This document shows, piece after piece, positions 1 to 9,633 of a stretch of 64,000 nucleotides of DNA. This DNA comes from a virus. The stretch covers positions 1 through 64,000 of the IMG/VR virus record IMGVR_UViG_3300017991_000007; one strand, given 5' to 3'. The position numbers were made by a program, and so were the translations under genes. Under the pieces are notes generated by a model, which was not told the origin of the DNA, ran no database searches, and worked only from the letters and a program-made list of their open reading frames with translations. Within the stretch, counting starts at the first letter, position 1. The number at the start of each line of letters is the position of its first letter.

Positions 1-2
1 GT

Positions 3-224
3 CAAATTCTGGAAACGGCCAAAAAGTTCAAGGTTCTCTACAAGGATAAGTCAAAATGGATTTTGGGGGAGCGGTCCTTTAAGACGCTGAATGAGATTGT
101 AGCGTGGGCTAAAGCAGAGCCTATTGAGTTTGAGTTTTTCCAACGGGCGTTGACTGAGTTGGTTTGCAGTATGCAAGCCGGATGGATATCTAAGGGCGTA
201 ATGAAAGCCGGGGGTACCTTATAA
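3..224 (+). CDS. C-terminal part of a RecA/UvsX-like recombinase (truncated by window start)
   Basis: Open frame 3 QILETAKKFKVLYKDKSKWILGERSFKTLNEIVAWAKAEP resembles the RecA C-terminal domain; TAA overlaps the next ATG; lies in a recombination cluster. Confidence 0.45.
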   Translation, partial: QILETAKKFKVLYKDKSKWILGERSFKTLNEIVAWAKAEPIEFEFFQRALTELVCSMQAGWISKGVMKAGGTL

Positions 225-622
225 TGGATATCCGAAAGCATCAACCAAAGAGGCGTACACCGTCCGGGGATATCAAGAGGTCGGATGAAAATACCGAGAC
301 TTGGAAAACGCAGGAAAAGAGAGTTGCCAAAAGAACGGGGGGTACCCGTACAAGGGGGTCCGGGTGCGGGTGTAATATAGAGGAAAAGGGTGATATCAAA
401 ATTCAGAATATTCGGTGTGAGTGCAAATCAACCAAACATCAATCCATATCCATAAAGGTAAAGCAGCTTGCCAAGATCACCTCAGAGGCAAACGCTATCG
501 GGAAAATTCCGGGGTTGGCTATAACCTTCAAAGACGTACCCGCCGGGGTTGACGATGATTGGATTTTATTGCCTTTAGGTTGCATTGAAAATCTGGAAAT
601 CACGCAAGTACCTGAAAAATAA
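224..622 (+). CDS. PD-(D/E)XK Holliday junction resolvase-like nuclease
   Basis: QEKRVAK..GG.R.RGSG, KGDI and ECK motifs. Confidence 0.7.
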   Translation: MDIRKHQPKRRTPSGDIKRSDENTETWKTQEKRVAKRTGGTRTRGSGCGCNIEEKGDIKIQNIRCECKSTKHQSISIKVKQLAKITSEANAIGKIPGLAITFKDVPAGVDDDWILLPLGCIENLEITQVPEK

Positions 623-640
623 GGGAAATAAAAATCGTAA

Positions 641-697
641 AAAAAGTGCAATTAATTGCATTTTTTACTTGACAAGCCCCTAGAGCTTTGATACACT
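641..697 (+). promoter_or_regulatory. Palindromic operator TGCAA-N4-TTGCA plus sigma70 promoter
   Basis: TGCAATTAATTGCA 647-660; TTGACA 669-674; 17 bp; TACACT 692-697. Confidence 0.8.
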
Positions 698-751
698 TTA
701 ACCATGATGATGAATGAAACGACACAACAAGCCAGCGAAGGGGGTAGCCAA

Positions 752-1117
752 ATGAACGTATCAATCAATAACCCAAATCAGTATCGTCACGGTATCATGG
801 TCAACTTGGAGGCTGCGGTTGCCGATGGTCATTTTGATCAATCTGCGGTGAATGCCAGAGTCCAGAGGGCAATGACCGTCCTGCGGACCTACGAAGTGGC
901 TGAGTTGGGTACCTATGTAAATGGATGGAATGAGAATGTCACCGGATATCGCCTGACAAGCCCCGCCGGACGTACCTATGAGGTTCAAATCAGGGCAAAC
1001 GGTCAAGGTTCCTGCAACTGCCCGGATTGGATTTATCGCAGACGGTCCAACGCCGGACTCTGCAAGCACGTTTTGGCAGTCCAAGGGTTGCATCAAGTGA
1101 TATCCCAAAGGGGATAA
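752..1117 (+). CDS. SWIM zinc-finger protein
   Basis: CNCPDW...CKH motif; GGGGGTAG RBS before ATG 752. Confidence 0.75.
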   Translation: MNVSINNPNQYRHGIMVNLEAAVADGHFDQSAVNARVQRAMTVLRTYEVAELGTYVNGWNENVTGYRLTSPAGRTYEVQIRANGQGSCNCPDWIYRRRSNAGLCKHVLAVQGLHQVISQRG

Positions 1118-1129
1118 ATGAAACCTACA

Positions 1130-1167
1130 ACTGAGGGGGGCTGCTAAAGCGGCCTCTTAGGTTTTTT
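1130..1167 (+). terminator. Rho-independent terminator
   Basis: GC-rich stem-loop followed by a T tract. Confidence 0.5.
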
Positions 1168-1178
1168 GGGGGTAGCTA

Positions 1179-1403
1179 ATGAGTGCCAAGAAAAAGATAA
1201 AGATTACGCTTAGAGCGGGTTATGTTTGCCCTGAAAAAAGGCGTAAAACTGAGGCAAAAGCTGAGTTGGATCACGGGTATCCGTGGCAATATGATGAAAC
1301 TTATTTCATAGAGCTTAACGTGAAACGGTGTCCGTTGTGTCGTAAGCCGCATACGTTTCATATGGATTTTGATGAGTGGAAAACGGGGAGTTTTCCGGTC
1401 TAA
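1179..1403 (+). CDS. Small Zn-binding hypothetical protein
   Basis: CPLC..PH motif; RBS present. Confidence 0.55.
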   Translation: MSAKKKIKITLRAGYVCPEKRRKTEAKAELDHGYPWQYDETYFIELNVKRCPLCRKPHTFHMDFDEWKTGSFPV

Positions 1404-1411
1404 GAGGTAGT

Positions 1412-2350
1412 ATGTCATCTAGTGCTTTATCGAAGTTGGCAAGGTCTACTCTATCCAAGGGTGGACCTATCGTTATTCCTGCCCTCAGAAAAGCCGTTTT
1501 AGAGCATGATTCGGAGCGGGATGAGTCTTACCTACACGCATCCGGTCTTGAGGATTACTGCCCACGTCTTAACGTCATATCTCACATTTTCGGTATCAAG
1601 GTTGAAACCGGAATAGAGATAAGCTTTCAGCTTGGAATGACGTTTGAGATTGGTCATGCAATCCACTCAAGGATTCAGAATAAGCTTTTAGGGGAGCGTG
1701 TGCATAAAGTCTTAGGGCTTTGGGTATGTCCGTTCTGCTTGTCCGTTGCGGGCGGTGTAGAGCCTAAACACTGGCAACCATGCCCAAGTGTCAAGGGATG
1801 CACTCAAAACAACGGTAGGCATTTTTGGAGGTTTGTGGAATCGTCTAATATAAGTGACCGGCTGAAAATTGGGGGATCAATCGACGGGGGTATCTACAAC
1901 TACGATAAGAGGGGTAACAAGGTTCTATCCGGCCTTGAGATTAAAACCATATCGGAAAAGGGATTCAACCGGCTCAATAAAGTCATGCCGGGTCATGTTC
2001 GCCAAGCCCAAATTTATATGTACTTATTCAACTTGCCAATGCAGACGTTTATTTATGTGTCGAAAGGTTGGCATGAACCAAGCGAAAAGATTGAGATTAT
2101 TCGTAAGAATCGGTTGAAAGACGTGCAAGGTTGGAGGTGCGGCCCGGTATTTGAAACTGTAGTTTATAGGGATGAGGCTTTGATTACTCAGCTTGTGGAA
2201 GGTCGCAAGGCTGAGTTGGCTGCGTATGAGTCCTTGGATGCAGGGTTTGAGGAATACCCTCAGAAATTGCCGGAATGCAAAAGCAGAATGGCAACGAAAG
2301 CCAAGAATTGTCCGGCGGCTCACATTTGTTTTGACTTGGAGAAAAAATGA
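1412..2350 (+). CDS. Cas4-like PD-(D/E)XK exonuclease
   Basis: N-terminal CPR, G..IH, GSIDG, LEIKT, Q.QIYM and three C-terminal Cys (Fe-S staple pattern). Confidence 0.75.
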   Translation: MSSSALSKLARSTLSKGGPIVIPALRKAVLEHDSERDESYLHASGLEDYCPRLNVISHIFGIKVETGIEISFQLGMTFEIGHAIHSRIQNKLLGERVHKVLGLWVCPFCLSVAGGVEPKHWQPCPSVKGCTQNNGRHFWRFVESSNISDRLKIGGSIDGGIYNYDKRGNKVLSGLEIKTISEKGFNRLNKVMPGHVRQAQIYMYLFNLPMQTFIYVSKGWHEPSEKIEIIRKNRLKDVQGWRCGPVFETVVYRDEALITQLVEGRKAELAAYESLDAGFEEYPQKLPECKSRMATKAKNCPAAHICFDLEKK

Positions 2351-2955
2351 GTATAGCAGTATGCGGTTTGGATATCAGTTTGCGTGGGACAGGTATTGTG
2401 ATTCTGCAAGATGGTCAAATTATGCACCGTGAAACCATCAAGTACAAGCCCGTTGCTAAGGAAATGACCATAACGAAATCCGGCAAGAGCAAGACGTTGA
2501 CGGAGAGACAGAAGATTGAGCGGTTGCTTTATGTTGCTGATCGGGTTGTAGGACTATGCGCTCAATTCGGGGTGCAAGCGATTGCCCGTGAGGATTACGC
2601 CTATTCCAAAAGCTCATCATCTGTTACCGGGCTGGCTGAGGTGACGGGTGTTTTGCGGACTCATATTTACAATCATGGGGGAGCCGTCTTGCATACCCTT
2701 GGAATCACTCAGTCTCGTAAGCTGGTTATGGGGGTGGGTACGGGTAGCAAGGCAAAGGCAAAGAAATGGTTGCAGGATCAAGGGTATGAATTCGATACGG
2801 ATGATGAGTACGATGCTTTCATGGTAGCTTTCACTCTCTATTATATCGTCAACAAGAAAAGCCGTGGGTCACTCAGCGTTTTACAGTTGGAGTACCTTGA
2901 TGAGCTTGAGACTGAGATTCAAAGAAAATTAGGTGTGCAAGCGATTGCATCTTGA
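2347..2955 (+). CDS. RuvC-like Holliday junction resolvase
   Basis: GLDISLRGTG, AREDY and DDEYDA acidic catalytic motifs. Confidence 0.8.
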   Translation: MSIAVCGLDISLRGTGIVILQDGQIMHRETIKYKPVAKEMTITKSGKSKTLTERQKIERLLYVADRVVGLCAQFGVQAIAREDYAYSKSSSSVTGLAEVTGVLRTHIYNHGGAVLHTLGITQSRKLVMGVGTGSKAKAKKWLQDQGYEFDTDDEYDAFMVAFTLYYIVNKKSRGSLSVLQLEYLDELETEIQRKLGVQAIAS

Positions 2956-2980
2956 CAAGTCAAAAAGACCTTGTTATATT
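2936..2980 (+). promoter_or_regulatory. Operator variant plus sigma70 promoter
   Basis: TGCAAGCGATTGCA 2936-2949, TTGACA 2952-2957, TGTTATATT. Confidence 0.65.
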
Positions 2981-3027
2981 ATGGATAGTTTTTTGAAACG
3001 GCAACTTTTAATTGTAAAGGGGTAGTT

Positions 3028-3255
3028 ATGACTTTGAAAATCGAAAAAGTGACCGCACAAGAGCCGTGGGATGCGTTCAAAGAGGAAATGCCTCAGTATT
3101 GTTCGGATGAAAGCGGCGAAAACATTGACGTGGTTTTGGCTGCGTTGCAGGAATACACCGCATGGCTTGAGCGCAAGGGTGTAAAGATGAATCAGTGCGT
3201 GGTATGTGAGCGGAAATTCAAAAACCGTAAAAAGGGGGTAGCACAAGATGACTGA
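3028..3255 (+). CDS. Hypothetical protein
   Basis: RBS present; CVVC motif. Confidence 0.55.
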   Translation: MTLKIEKVTAQEPWDAFKEEMPQYCSDESGENIDVVLAALQEYTAWLERKGVKMNQCVVCERKFKNRKKGVAQDD

Positions 3256-4012
3256 GGAAAAGAAATTTGACGAAAACCCGGAAACCAACCTTACAACTGA
3301 GGATATTGAGGCGTTGCGTCTTGAGGCCAAACGGCTTGCGGACGTGGTAGATACCTCATATTTTGAGCTTGGCGGGGTACTCAATACCATTTCGGAGTCC
3401 GGGTGCTATACCGAGTGGGGGCATGACACTTTCGGGGCATTCGTGGAATCGGATGATTTGGGGTTTGCCCGCCGTAAGGCTTTCTACCTTATGATGATCC
3501 ATGAACAATCTGAAAAGCTTGGGGTAGGAGTTGACGATTTGAGGGGCGTTGGATGGTCTAAGGCTAAAGAGTTCCTACCTATCTGCGAAACCCGGTCTGA
3601 ATTCGACGTGTGGGCTGATAAGGCCAAAAAACTCAGCCTCAAGGATATCACCAAAGAGGTTAAGCTTGCCAAAGGAGCGGACCCGGACGCTGGTAAGGAT
3701 GCTGAGGGCAACAAAATCACAACCAACCCTGAAACCGGTGAAACTTTCCACATTCTGACTTTTTCCCTTGCCGATAAGCAGTACGAAAACGTCTTGCTTG
3801 CTATCCAAAAGGCAAAGGAAATGGGTAAGAGCGAGTCCAAAGAGCATTTGATTGATATGATTGCCTTGGATTTCCTTTCCCACAATGCGACCTTTACCGA
3901 CTTGGCTGAAAAGCTTGCGGATTGGTTCGTACAAGACGGTGATCTGAATGTGCGGATTGCTGAGGCCGTTAATGCCAAGCTACTCAAAGCTGAGGATGAT
4001 GAAACCGAGTAA
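3248..4012 (+). CDS. Conserved phage protein (DUF3102-like helical DNA-binding type)
   Basis: ELGGVL...WGH.TF.AFVE..LGF.RRKA..LM pattern. Confidence 0.55.
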   Translation: MTEEKKFDENPETNLTTEDIEALRLEAKRLADVVDTSYFELGGVLNTISESGCYTEWGHDTFGAFVESDDLGFARRKAFYLMMIHEQSEKLGVGVDDLRGVGWSKAKEFLPICETRSEFDVWADKAKKLSLKDITKEVKLAKGADPDAGKDAEGNKITTNPETGETFHILTFSLADKQYENVLLAIQKAKEMGKSESKEHLIDMIALDFLSHNATFTDLAEKLADWFVQDGDLNVRIAEAVNAKLLKAEDDETE

Positions 4013-4098
4013 AGGTTTGTACTTGATATAGGGGCTTGCGAAAACTCGTAAGCCCTTGTATTATTATAAAAGTACATTTTTTGCTTTGGAGGTCTGCT

Positions 4099-5160
4099 AT
4101 GGCTAAGGGACGTTCTACCGGCGGCGGGGCTGCGGCGGGCGGTGCCGCACCTGAATTACCGGAGCGCACGGTACAAGAATTAGAGAAAGCGTGGGATCAA
4201 TTTCAAGGTCAAGTGGATAACGAGCTTAACTCTTTTGTGCCTGTCATTGAGGCATGGAATCTTGATTCAGCCCGTAAAGCCGCTATTCGGAATCCCATTG
4301 ACGTTACCGATATGAGCGTTGCTGATTCACGCCGGTTGCAGCGTTTCACTAAAACTGATAACCATGACGATGCCATGCGGATGCTTGCCCGTTTGGGCGG
4401 TGTTTCGGACGTTAATACCAATGGTATCAGTATCAATTTCAAGTATGGTGATCCAAATACATTGGTGGTATCGCAAATCGGTAATGGACGTAATATCCAA
4501 TATGACGTGAAATTCAAGGGGGGTCAGCCCTCAATCACTTATCATATGTTTGTGCCAAGACCGGGTGACTCAAACTCAGTTGCCCTTATGGGTACCCGTC
4601 TTACCTCTCTTGCCAATGACTTTGGTATCAAGAGGATCAATATTCCCTCAGCCGCAGGGTCCGGGGGTGGATTGGCGGGCGGTCCAAGGAAAGAAACTGG
4701 TTCTTACACCGGATACAGGCAGTGGTTGGGCGTTGGTGCCATGCCGAAAGGGTGGGGTACTCCCCGTGAACCCGGCGGTAGTTGGCGAAGTGCCGCTACC
4801 TCAGCTATGCGGAATGGCACGTTTGTCCGTTATGGAAACGAAGTTTATAAAGTGCGCCCGGAGGCAGTAAGGCAGCTTTTGGGTAGTGAGAGAAACCCCA
4901 AGTTCTTTTCGCCGCAACAGGTTGCACAAAATCCTATTCTTTTCGGGATTTGGTCGCAGTATGGTAGAGGCGGTCCAGCAACGGTCTTTCTTGGAGGGGC
5001 CAAAACGCAGGACGCTATCAGGAATTATACGAAACTCACAATGGCTCGTAAGATGCCGCAATTTCAGAATTTGGGGTATGGCAGACCGCATCCCCGTGAT
5101 TTACAGATGCCCACTCGTACCGAGTTGAGGCGGGTAGCACCCGATTTACCGAGAGGCTAA
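4099..5160 (+). CDS. MAKG-leader protein with possible GNAT-like domain
   Basis: GGAGG RBS before ATG 4099; begins MAKGRSTGGGAAAGG; A..FGIKRI...AA...TGY..W..VG pattern. Confidence 0.7.
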   Translation: MAKGRSTGGGAAAGGAAPELPERTVQELEKAWDQFQGQVDNELNSFVPVIEAWNLDSARKAAIRNPIDVTDMSVADSRRLQRFTKTDNHDDAMRMLARLGGVSDVNTNGISINFKYGDPNTLVVSQIGNGRNIQYDVKFKGGQPSITYHMFVPRPGDSNSVALMGTRLTSLANDFGIKRINIPSAAGSGGGLAGGPRKETGSYTGYRQWLGVGAMPKGWGTPREPGGSWRSAATSAMRNGTFVRYGNEVYKVRPEAVRQLLGSERNPKFFSPQQVAQNPILFGIWSQYGRGGPATVFLGGAKTQDAIRNYTKLTMARKMPQFQNLGYGRPHPRDLQMPTRTELRRVAPDLPRG

Positions 5161-5172
5161 AGGAGAAAGAAA

Positions 5173-5406
5173 ATGGCAAAGCCCAAAGACGGTAGCGTAA
5201 GGACCGTATCAGGCATGAAACCAGTGAGAGTCCCTAAGCAGGGCAAGAGCAACGCAATGGATTTTGATTTTGATGCCGGTGTTGGAGCCGCAGTCAACGC
5301 TACAAAGCCCAAAATGAGCAAGAAACTGAGGGAGCAAGCAGCGAAAATGGGTAAGACCTCGCAGCGCATCATGCGTATGAATGAGAGGCTTGGAAAGAAA
5401 AAGTAA
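5173..5406 (+). CDS. Small basic protein
   Basis: AGGAG RBS; Lys/Arg-rich, 77 aa. Confidence 0.7.
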   Translation: MAKPKDGSVRTVSGMKPVRVPKQGKSNAMDFDFDAGVGAAVNATKPKMSKKLREQAAKMGKTSQRIMRMNERLGKKK

Positions 5407-5409
5407 TGT

Positions 5410-6582
5410 ATGGGTTTTGAAATCAATCCCAAAAGAGAGGCCAATTACCGGCATACTCTAACTTCCCGTGATTATGAATATATGAAAAACTGTAAGGTCT
5501 GCCCCGTGGTGGACCTTTGCGGTGGTTGGTCCGTTTGGAATGATGCCCGTTGGTGTGTCGGACCCGGCCCGTGGTGCGTTGGTGGGGAACATCCTGACTA
5601 CCCGCACGGTTGCAGGGTGATTTGTTCCCGCTCATCCGAGAAAATTGAGGATGCTACTTACGCTTTAGGACCGAGCAACTATGAGTCCAATCTTGAGTGT
5701 GATCCAGAGAATCGCAAGCACTGTTGGGACGTAGAGGTGGTTCCTGACTTGGGTATCGTAGGAAAGCACAAATGGGAGCCGTGGGATTTTAATTGGCCGG
5801 ACGTTGGTTTTCAGCTTAACGCACATGCCAACTATCAACATCAAGACCTTTATACCATATCCCTCAAGCACCTATTCTATGCGACCCGTCGCACTTGGAG
5901 TCCGCAAAAGGATTTAAGGGAAAGATTCAAAATTCCTGAATCGGCTGCGGTTGCGATTACCAGTACCGTCCATGACGATATCCTTGACGTGCTTGCTCAA
6001 GATATTCCAACGTGGGCTGCGGCGTTGGCTGAGTACGAGGGTGTGACTTTCGTACTTGCTCCCAATTTTTCGGTTTATGACAACTATCCCCGGTTGGACA
6101 ATCTCTTTCATATAAAGCGGAAATTCGTTGCTTTGGAGGCGTTTCAGCGAGAGGGTATGAAGGTTGTACCGGATATCTGCTTTACGACCTCTAGGGATTT
6201 TAAGAATCAGGTTGCTTGGATGCGGGAAAATAAGTGTGAAATGATGCTTATGAACTTTCAGGTTCAAGCCGTTACAACCGATACCCCGCAGTGGAAAGCC
6301 CAAATTAAATCCGCATTAATGGTACAGGATGCCCTTGGTTGGCCGGTACGCATGATTGCCTATGGAGCTACCGGGGGTAAGAGAATGCAGGATATTGCAC
6401 GGCTTTATCCGAATACAACTTTTATTGATTCAAAGGCATATCGACTTGCTGAGTTTCATAAAGATTTGAATTTAGTAGTGGATAAGAGCATTCCGGTTAA
6501 GGATTTGTTTCATATGAATTGCGCCCAAAGTCTTGCCAGAATCCAAGAGGCCAAAGGACAAGCATTGAAATTGGGTGGGTAA
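5410..6582 (+). CDS. DUF4417-like protein with Cys-rich N-terminus
   Basis: APNFSVYDNYP..DN....KR.....FQREG..VVP motif; N-terminal Cys cluster. Confidence 0.7.
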   Translation: MGFEINPKREANYRHTLTSRDYEYMKNCKVCPVVDLCGGWSVWNDARWCVGPGPWCVGGEHPDYPHGCRVICSRSSEKIEDATYALGPSNYESNLECDPENRKHCWDVEVVPDLGIVGKHKWEPWDFNWPDVGFQLNAHANYQHQDLYTISLKHLFYATRRTWSPQKDLRERFKIPESAAVAITSTVHDDILDVLAQDIPTWAAALAEYEGVTFVLAPNFSVYDNYPRLDNLFHIKRKFVALEAFQREGMKVVPDICFTTSRDFKNQVAWMRENKCEMMLMNFQVQAVTTDTPQWKAQIKSALMVQDALGWPVRMIAYGATGGKRMQDIARLYPNTTFIDSKAYRLAEFHKDLNLVVDKSIPVKDLFHMNCAQSLARIQEAKGQALKLGG

Positions 6583-6621
6583 TCTGGTAAAACTGTAAAT
6601 AGGTCAAGCCGGATATGGAGT

Positions 6622-7785
6622 GTGACAATGCCAGAGATTTTAGATAGATGCGTAATGGGTCAAATGGAGAGGGGCGTTTCTCAATCCTCAGCTTTTGCTA
6701 TTTGTACGGCTGCTTTGCAAAGAGCGGGCAAATTGCCCCGTGGTAGGGGTAAGAGTGCCTTTCCTGGGTGGGCAAAAAGGGTTGCTTTACCGGAGCCGGT
6801 TTATTCTGGTATGGAGAATTCTTGGCCCACCCTAACGTCACCGGATCAATCACTTTTGAAAAGTCTTAGGAAAGTCCAGTTGACTGATAGAGAGGGTATC
6901 TTGGGGTCTGCCTTTCTGCATTCCAAAGTCATTGCGCTCAATCCCGAAATGTTGGAGAAAGCGGGCGGTCAACCCCTCTGGTACGGTGCTGTTGCTATCC
7001 ATGAAGCACAACACGCTCTTTACGGCTTTGGGGAGCATGAAGCTACACGGGCAGAACAAAGGTTCCTTGGAAAGTGCTTTGGAGAGTCCAAGATGGATTT
7101 CGATAGACCGGGCATGTTCCTTTCTTGCCGTGCAAGTACGGTTGCTCAAGCCCAAAGGATGAAAGACGTACACGTTAGGCATCGTCGCAATGATTATCAG
7201 TTCCTTGTTTCCTGCGGATATACCCCACGGGTTGCCCGTAAGATCATTGAGGGCGGTAAGAGGGCTTATAAGGCCCGTTTAGCGGCTGCAATGCCTATTC
7301 GATTGATTGCTGCTAAAGACGCTAAGGACTATTTCGAGTTGGATGATACCTATCTACATGCAGTTGTGGATAAGGAGTTTGCCGCCTCTTTGGATGAGTT
7401 CGTTGTGGAAAAAGTTTTTCCGGGCTTTGATATTTATGCCGGTAAGAGCGGTATGAAAGAGCCTGAGAGATTTGGTGGTTTTCGCAGCGTTATGGAGGGG
7501 TATATTCGTCAAGCGGTTGGACGGGGAGTTGGGGTTAGTGAGCGTGGACCTCTTGGAATCGTACCTGTTTTGCGCCGTCATAATTGGGATATTGATGCGT
7601 TGCCGGATGAGTGGCAGCAAAAGAGGGCAGACGCTTTGGCAGAACTTACCGAAAGCCTGAAAACCGAGGGGCTTTACAATGATGAGGGTGATCCTACCGA
7701 GCCTCATTTACTCTGCATTTTGAACGGTTGGACACCGGTACCACATTTGGTATTCTCAGACGTAACCACGTCAATTTCTGGTTGA
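6622..7785 (+). CDS. Hypothetical protein with HExxH zincin-like motif
   Basis: AIHEAQH...E..A; N-terminal SAFAICTA motif. Confidence 0.6.
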   Translation: MTMPEILDRCVMGQMERGVSQSSAFAICTAALQRAGKLPRGRGKSAFPGWAKRVALPEPVYSGMENSWPTLTSPDQSLLKSLRKVQLTDREGILGSAFLHSKVIALNPEMLEKAGGQPLWYGAVAIHEAQHALYGFGEHEATRAEQRFLGKCFGESKMDFDRPGMFLSCRASTVAQAQRMKDVHVRHRRNDYQFLVSCGYTPRVARKIIEGGKRAYKARLAAAMPIRLIAAKDAKDYFELDDTYLHAVVDKEFAASLDEFVVEKVFPGFDIYAGKSGMKEPERFGGFRSVMEGYIRQAVGRGVGVSERGPLGIVPVLRRHNWDIDALPDEWQQKRADALAELTESLKTEGLYNDEGDPTEPHLLCILNGWTPVPHLVFSDVTTSISG

Positions 7786-7850
7786 TCCATTCAAACATTC
7801 TTGCTTAGTCCTTTCAGCTTTGTTATAGTCAGGGGTGAAAAGGAGGCCGT

Positions 7851-8819
7851 ATGAGCAAAATCGACAAGTCCAAAATTGGGGGCTTGAAAGTCAAAGACCC
7901 TAAACGAGCCGCACCTGAGACAGTGGAGGAAAAGGATACCTCTGAGGATACGTCTTGGCTTGATGAGGGTTTCATTCCGGTAGAGGATGGTGTTGGTGAT
8001 TCGGAAATGGCGAATGTACCGGGCAATTATATAGATATTCCCGTTGATGACCTCATTCCGAATTCGTGGAATCCGAATCAAATGAATGATAAGACGTTTG
8101 ATATGCTGGTTCGTCGGATGCGGGAAGTTGGACCACTCAGACCTATTAACGTCATTGCGCTCAAAGATCAACCCGGAAAGTACATGATCATTGACGGGGA
8201 GCATCGTTGGAAAGCCGCAAAAGCCCTTGATTGGCCGTCTGTCTCTGCTCTGGTAATGGAGGGAACGCAGTTTGAGCAAGAGGATGCTCAAAAGTTCCTA
8301 ACCATGCAGCTTAATCAAATAGCTGGTAAGACAAGTCCTGAGAAATTCCTGAAACTCTACAACGAAATGGTAGCGAAGTACGGGGATAAAGCCCTGAAAG
8401 ACCTTATGGGGTTTACCGATTCTACTAAATGGAGGGTTTTGACGAAAGGGATTGCGGACGGCTTACCGGGGGAAATGAAAAAGAAATTCAAAGAGAAAAT
8501 GGAGGGGGCAAACCCGGATGAATTAGGAAATATCCTGCAAGAAATCATGGGGATGTACGGCAATGATATGCGGTATAACTTTATGGTTTTCACTTTCGAG
8601 GATAAAGAGCATGTGTGGATACGCATGAACAAAGATACGCATCAATTGGTCAAGGATTTGGCAGATACTTGTAGGGCTGTTGGTCTGGATATCAACATTC
8701 CTCTCATTGATGCCCTTGACTTTGCGTTGACTCAGTTTACGCCCGCAGATGACGGTTTGGAGTATTCCAATGAGCCAAGTGAGAAAGAGCAAGCTACAAT
8801 TCAAGAGGGCGGGGGATGA
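7851..8819 (+). CDS. ParB/Srx N-terminal domain protein
   Basis: PNSWNPN, PINV, IIDGEHRWKAA. Confidence 0.85.
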   Translation: MSKIDKSKIGGLKVKDPKRAAPETVEEKDTSEDTSWLDEGFIPVEDGVGDSEMANVPGNYIDIPVDDLIPNSWNPNQMNDKTFDMLVRRMREVGPLRPINVIALKDQPGKYMIIDGEHRWKAAKALDWPSVSALVMEGTQFEQEDAQKFLTMQLNQIAGKTSPEKFLKLYNEMVAKYGDKALKDLMGFTDSTKWRVLTKGIADGLPGEMKKKFKEKMEGANPDELGNILQEIMGMYGNDMRYNFMVFTFEDKEHVWIRMNKDTHQLVKDLADTCRAVGLDINIPLIDALDFALTQFTPADDGLEYSNEPSEKEQATIQEGGG

Positions 8820-9633
8820 TCTTAGAGCCTTAGATATTTACCCGGAAATTTACCGCCGGATAATGTCAGGGGAAGCGTCATACTCCGTTGCCAAGTGGTT
8901 AAAGTCCTTGGGGCATTTTGCCGAAATTAAAGAGGAATCTTTGCGTAAGAAGATTGACCGGGCAATTCCGAGTATTCAAAGAGAGGTACCACCCCAAGTC
9001 CAAGCAACTTATCTCCGTAAGAACGAAAACGAAACTGTAGAGCCGGAAATAGTTGAAAAACTTGATGAATCCGCTGAGGATTGTGTTGAAAAACTGCTTG
9101 AGTCGAAAGAAAAGCCGGGGGAAGTTGTCAAGGCTGAGGGGGATGAGGCTACTGAGGTGCAATCGGTTGCACCGGATGTAGTGGATTGTGAGCTTGTGCA
9201 AGACGATTTGCCGCCTAAACCGGTCCCGCCGCCGGTACCCCGGCCTCAGTTAAAAGAGGTTGCACAACTTGAGAAAGCCGCTGATATGCAATGGAGTAGG
9301 ATCAAGATGCTGCATGAAAACGAGAAAAAGATTCAGCATTTGTTCCCGCAGGGTAGGCAGGAATTCTCTGAGTACCGTGCCATGCTGCATACTCTTATCG
9401 ACAAGAAACGTGATCTTGGTATTGCCGGGTATGGACGCAGACAACCCAACATTACTCAGAACAATACCATCATTCAGGGTGACGTAAAGCAAGTTACCGA
9501 GCAAACCATGAATGTCATTGGTGATCCGAAAGCCCGCAGAAAAGTTTTGGATGTTCTCAGGCTTTTTAAGGTCCAAGAGGATGATGAGGATCAAAAACGG
9601 CTTGGTTCTAACGATGTAGCGGCTGAGGCATGA
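8749..9633 (+). CDS. Putative terminase small subunit (start uncertain)
   Basis: Overlaps the TerL start; helical, with an N-terminal HTH-like segment. Confidence 0.5.
   Translation: MTVWSIPMSQVRKSKLQFKRAGDDLRALDIYPEIYRRIMSGEASYSVAKWLKSLGHFAEIKEESLRKKIDRAIPSIQREVPPQVQATYLRKNENETVEPEIVEKLDESAEDCVEKLLESKEKPGEVVKAEGDEATEVQSVAPDVVDCELVQDDLPPKPVPPPVPRPQLKEVAQLEKAADMQWSRIKMLHENEKKIQHLFPQGRQEFSEYRAMLHTLIDKKRDLGIAGYGRRQPNITQNNTIIQGDVKQVTEQTMNVIGDPKARRKVLDVLRLFKVQEDDEDQKRLGSNDVAAEA

Noticed and set aside
704-751. Shared N-terminal peptide MMxNETTQQ in ORF-track calls at 704, 14275 and inside 38173
   Set aside because: This is the conserved untranslated leader at the TSS; the RBS lies downstream, so true starts are 752, 14230 and 38077. 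Leaderless translation cannot be fully excluded.
1412-2350. CRISPR-Cas system suggested by the Cas4-like gene
   Set aside because: No repeat-spacer array or other cas genes in the window; solo Cas4-like nucleases are common in phage recombination clusters.
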